Part shown: positions 60,732 through 64,000 of the stretch, one piece after another
Layout: each line of letters opens with the position of its first letter
How positions within the stretch are numbered: position 1 is the stretch's first letter
Assembly: GCA_964439935.1 (NCBI GenBank)
Contig: CAYTPW010000003.1
Coordinates: forward strand, 114,959 to 178,958
Length of the DNA: 64,000 bases
Direction: 5' to 3'
Source: an uncultured bacterium
Lineage (GTDB): Bacteria; Fidelibacterota; Marinisomatia; Marinisomatales; TCS56
The notes under the pieces: model-generated
What the model was told of the DNA's origin: nothing
The model's database searches: none
What the model saw: the letters and a program-made list of their open reading frames with translations, nothing else
Made by a program: the position numbers and the translations under genes

Positions 60732-61141
60732 TGCTTAAGTATAATTACACTACCCGTGTTTATTACCAGGATGTGGACCAGATGGGTATCGTCTACTACA
60801 GCCGTTATTTTGAATTTTTTGAAGCGGCCCGCACTGAACTGCTCCGTACAATCGGTCTGAATGTCCCGGAATTGGAATCACGAGGTTATTTTCTGCCGGT
60901 CATTACCAGTCATTGCGATTATCAGTCACCAGCTCATTTTGATGATATAGTGGTGGTTGAAACGATAATAAAAGATTTACCAAAACTGCGATTACGAATC
61001 GAATATCAGGCGCGTTCAGATGATGGTGGAAAGCTTTTTGCTAGTGGGTACACCGAACACTGTTTTACCAACCAAACAGGTAAACCAGTTCGGATTCCCT
61101 CTTATTTTCTTAATCAGCTGAAATTGAATTATAATGAGTAA
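60731..61141 (+). CDS. YbgC/4HBT-family acyl-CoA thioesterase
   Basis: Hotdog-fold N-terminus TRVYYQDVDQMGIVYYSRYFEFFEAARTELLR. 136 aa. GTG start overlapping the accA stop. Confidence 0.75.
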   Translation: MLKYNYTTRVYYQDVDQMGIVYYSRYFEFFEAARTELLRTIGLNVPELESRGYFLPVITSHCDYQSPAHFDDIVVVETIIKDLPKLRLRIEYQARSDDGGKLFASGYTEHCFTNQTGKPVRIPSYFLNQLKLNYNE

Positions 61142-61850
61142 TGAATTTCTTTTTCTGATTCAATCATTGGTAGGGCTTGGATTTACCCTGTTCGCCTTTC
61201 GCCTGGGTAAAGCCTGGCTCTATGCTTATATTGCCATGGCAATTGTTCTGGCAAATATTTTCGTGACAAAGCAATTTGATTTATTCGGTCTGGCAGCCAC
61301 GGGAGGCAACGTAGTCTATGGCTCGATCTTTCTGGCTACCGATCTGTTATCAGAGCATTACGGTACGGCAGCAGCTAGAAAGGCTGTTCTGATTGGTCTT
61401 TTTGGAGCGATTTTCTATCTGGTAATGTCCCAATTGATCTTACCCTTTTCTCCGAATGCGGCTGATTGGGGCGCAAGTAGTGGTATGGAAACCATTTTTT
61501 CCTCAGGACCGGCAATAATTCTGGCCAGCTTGATTGCTTACTTGATCTCACAATTTCATGATATTTGGGCTTTTCACTTCTGGAAGCGCAAGTTTTCCGG
61601 TCGTTTCCTGTGGTTACGCAATAACCTTTCGACTTTAGTCAGTCAGGCCCTTGACAGTATTGTTTTTGCCGGATTGGCATTCGCAGTCTTGCCGGTTATC
61701 TTGTCGAATACGGAAAATATATTAGCGTGGCCGGTATTGAAGGAAGTCATCCTGACCACCTATTTATTTAAATTATTGGTAGCTGTGATTGATACGCCTT
61801 TCATATATTTTAGTTATAGATTACTGCCGGAAGAGTTAAGTACGAAATAA
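61134..61850 (+). CDS. yhhQ: Queuosine-precursor transporter (YhhQ/DUF165 family)
   Basis: Polytopic, with GGNVVYGSIFLATDLLSEHYG and SQALDSIVF motifs typical of YhhQ. Confidence 0.75.
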   Translation: MSNEFLFLIQSLVGLGFTLFAFRLGKAWLYAYIAMAIVLANIFVTKQFDLFGLAATGGNVVYGSIFLATDLLSEHYGTAAARKAVLIGLFGAIFYLVMSQLILPFSPNAADWGASSGMETIFSSGPAIILASLIAYLISQFHDIWAFHFWKRKFSGRFLWLRNNLSTLVSQALDSIVFAGLAFAVLPVILSNTENILAWPVLKEVILTTYLFKLLVAVIDTPFIYFSYRLLPEELSTK

Positions 61851-61898
61851 TTTTCTAATCGTTGGATGGTTGAGCGATTGGTTATTTACGGAGCTGAA

Positions 61899-62936
61899 AT
61901 GAAAAAACTGATTATTGGAACCAGTCTATTTTTTTTAATTGCCTGTAGCACAAAATCACCCCAATTTCCCTGGGCGAGCTTATCACTGCAAGAAGCTCAG
62001 CAGGTAGCTGGCGATAAATTGATAATGCTCGATTTTTATACCGAATGGTGAAGTTGGTGTAAACGGCTGGATGCCGATGTATTTCCAGATTCAAAGATCA
62101 TTGATTTTGCCACCGAAAATCTAATTAGCCTTAAAATTGATGCTGAAAAAGACCAGGGACCGGTTCTGCGTGATCGGTTTAATCCACCCGGTTTTCCCAC
62201 TGTAATCATTATTAATCCGGATGGCTCCGAAGTGGATCGTATTGTGGGCTATCGACCGGTTGAGGAATTTCTGAGTGAATTAAAGCGGATCAAGCGCAAC
62301 GAAGGAACTATTGATGACCTGAGCCATCGTTTAGCGAATTTCCCGGAGAATGATTCCCTGATCCAGCTATTAGCTGAAAAATATGAGGATCGGGGAGATC
62401 TGGAAGCTGCGCTGCCACATTGGGAAAGACTGGCTGTGCTGTCAGCTGTTCAAAGAGATCTGGCGCATTATAAGATTGCTCATACTTCCAGCCGGATCGA
62501 AAAAACAGCTGATCCGCTGATCGAGTTTCTTGCATCAAATCCCTCCGGGTCTTTTACCGCAGATGCGTATCGATCTCTGCGAAGCTTTTATCGCAGTATA
62601 AAAGATACCAGCACCGAAGTTCAAACCTATATTGATTTTATTGCCTATCTGGATCGTAAAAATGAAATCAGTCCTGGTGATCTCAATGGTTATGCCTGGC
62701 GAATGACGCAATTGGAGAAAAATCTTGAGGATGCACTTTTAAAAATCAGGATTGCTGTTGAATTAACGGCCGAGGGTGAAGCAGAGGAACGGGCTGGAAT
62801 AATGGATACGGAAGCAGAAGTATTATGGAAACTCGGTCGCATTTCCGATGCTGTAGCCGTAATTGAAAAATGCATCGAATTACAGCCAGAAGATAGTTAT
62901 TTTAAAGAACAAAAGGAGAAGTTCTTAAAAAGCTGA
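61899..62936 (+). CDS. Selenoprotein: lipoprotein with thioredoxin fold (W-U-S-W-C redox motif, Sec at codon 51 = TGA 62049-62051) and C-terminal TPR-like domain
   Basis: Track ORFs 61866..62051 and 62232..62936 share one frame, and the TGA is the only stop between them. Read-through gives DFYTEW-U-SWCKRLD...GFPTVIIINPDGSEVDRIVGY, a complete Trx fold. GGAG lies 5 nt before ATG 61899. Lipobox FLIAC. tRNA-Sec is present at 13349. Confidence 0.75.
62064..62076 (+). promoter_or_regulatory. Candidate bacterial SECIS apical hairpin
   Basis: CGGC-UGGAU-GCCG stem-loop starts 13 nt after the UGA, with loop G residues 18-19 nt downstream. The stem is short and I could only weakly extend the lower stem. 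Confidence 0.35.
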
Positions 62937-63113
62937 GAATTCTTTAATTCAAATCTTTTCATTAGATGCCGTCGCTAACAGGGTTGGCATCTGTGTTTTA
63001 TAATAACCTGCTGTAATGTTGCAAGGATCAACCTCTGCATAACGAAAGAGCCCCAACGATGTTTGTAGGGAATATGCAATTTGTACCAAGTTTCAATTGT
63101 TAGTGAAAAAGAT

Positions 63114-63536
63114 TTATTCCTTTTTAGCCAAAGCCGGATCGTTATAGCGTGGCAATTTATCTTCAAATTCCAGCCAACTGACATGAGTGTCAAAAAATGC
63201 ATGCGCTTGTGGTTGACGGTCGATTGCTCCAGTCATGTTGGACAGGGTTATATGAATCTCACCCAGCCATTTGACTGACCGAAACAGAATGTGGCTGCCA
63301 CAGTGCGAACAAAATCCCCGTTTCGATTCCTTCGATGAATGAAACCATTTCAGTTTTTCCTCACCCCGAATCAATTTAAACTGATCATCATCGACACCAA
63401 ACCAGGTCACGAAAGCAGCACCATGAGAGCGGCGGCAAAGAGTGCAGTGACAGTGGGCACACCATTTGGTTGGCAGGTATATTTCAAATTTCACCGCACC
63501 ACATAAACATTCCCCCTTTACCGATTTTTGCTTCAT
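63114..63536 (-). CDS. GFA-family (glutathione-dependent formaldehyde-activating / CENP-V-like) zinc protein
   Basis: GECLCGAVKFEI start and CHCTLCRR ... CSHCGSHI cysteine pattern characteristic of GFA. 140 aa. Confidence 0.75.
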   Translation of the reverse strand: MKQKSVKGECLCGAVKFEIYLPTKWCAHCHCTLCRRSHGAAFVTWFGVDDDQFKLIRGEEKLKWFHSSKESKRGFCSHCGSHILFRSVKWLGEIHITLSNMTGAIDRQPQAHAFFDTHVSWLEFEDKLPRYNDPALAKKE

Positions 63537-63584
63537 CTTTCAAACCTCCAGTAGATGTATTATTACCTGGCAGAATTTTGAGTA

Positions 63585-64000
63585 TTAATATTTCTGCTCT
63601 GTGTTAATCCAGATTGGATTTGTCAGACAGATCCTACCGGTAGAAGTGATCAATTCCGTCCGGATATATCCCGGATTTGACATAGGCAGATTGGTTAACA
63701 TCAGTTTTTCTTTGTATAGATCTTCAGTCCAGCTTTTAGAATGGATTATCTTTTCAGAATCAGCCTCGATGATTCCACAGTAAATATTTACCTTTTTCAA
63801 GGCACCGAATTCCGGTGATGAATGACATTCTATTTGCAGATTGAATTCTCTGGCAAACAGCGAATCACCAGTATGGTACATGTAACCAGCACATGAGACT
63901 GACTGGGTGATCGACGGTCCATTTGTTACGATGCACCTGCCCAGTGCTAGTTGATTGAGTAGATTTTCGGCCTGCCGCTCTCCGTTGCGGTACACACCGG
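63585..64000 (-). CDS. Hypothetical protein, possibly the C-terminal part of a longer gene truncated by the window edge
   Basis: Open frame running to the window end. Sequence ends ...GRICLTNPIWINTEQKY. No family assigned. Confidence 0.35.
   Translation of the reverse strand, partial: GVYRNGERQAENLLNQLALGRCIVTNGPSITQSVSCAGYMYHTGDSLFAREFNLQIECHSSPEFGALKKVNIYCGIIEADSEKIIHSKSWTEDLYKEKLMLTNLPMSNPGYIRTELITSTGRICLTNPIWINTEQKY

Noticed and set aside
62964-62992. Possible terminator after the selenoprotein gene (AGATGCC ... GGCATCT followed by GTGTTTTA).
   Set aside because: The 15-nt loop and interrupted T-tract make it a weak intrinsic terminator, so it is not reported as a feature.
1-64000. Genome-wide stop-codon reassignment (UGA as Gly or Trp) as an alternative explanation for the in-frame TGAs.
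   Set aside because: Many conserved genes end at TGA at their expected full length (rsmH, mraZ, M23 peptidase, miaB, LapB-like). UGA is therefore normally a stop, and recoding at 62049 is local (Sec).
1-64000. CRISPR arrays, rRNA genes, and toxin-antitoxin or known defence cassettes.
   Set aside because: I saw no spaced direct-repeat arrays, rRNA-like sequence or recognisable defence gene signatures while reading the window.

Overview
Gene-dense chromosomal window (about 58 CDS, 1 tRNA). It probably comes from an uncultured FCB-superphylum (Bacteroidota-related) bacterium: two peptidases over 1200 aa end in T9SS-type C-terminal sorting domains, and the primary-type sigma factor is short (281 aa). 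No rRNA, CRISPR array, transposase or integrase was seen.

Layout:
- 1-3.1 kb: head of the dcw cluster (ftsL-like, rsmH, mraZ with GTGGG operator repeats), plus RodZ-like and maf.
- 3.1-6.9 kb: giant C25 gingipain-like peptidase.
- 7.4-13.3 kb: sigma-70, M23 peptidase, miaB, LapA/LapB-like pair, SPOR protein.
- 13.35 kb: tRNA-Sec (anticodon UCA).
- 13.8-21.5 kb: T9SS S8 peptidase, PAS-UbiA prenyltransferase fusion, VOC, PadR, interrupted redoxin, DUF2892.
- 21.7-39.8 kb: peptide-degradation-rich stretch (S9, oligopeptidase B, Dcp, PepF, an orphan HExxH lipoprotein), interleaved with an aldehyde dehydrogenase, a radical-SAM + Ub-Mut7C pair, a lipid kinase and a hydrolase.
- 40-45 kb: ChbG-like, rhodanese, DUF1684, lepA.
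- 45.6-52.8 kb: tightly coupled envelope operon (zinc-ribbon membrane protein, lgt, exported protein, 1100-aa outer-membrane barrel, POTRA-poor Omp85-like protein).
- 52.9-61.9 kb: rnr, glycan genes (rfbD, polyprenol-P-mannose synthase, GT2 fused to a degenerate phosphoglycosyltransferase), accA, thioesterase, yhhQ.

Main finding: 61899..62936 is a single selenoprotein that the ORF track splits in two. It is a lipoprotein with a thioredoxin fold plus TPR region, and an in-frame UGA replaces the first Cys of WCxxC (W-U-S-W-C). The tRNA-Sec in the same window supports this.

All family assignments come from motif recognition by eye. No database search was run.
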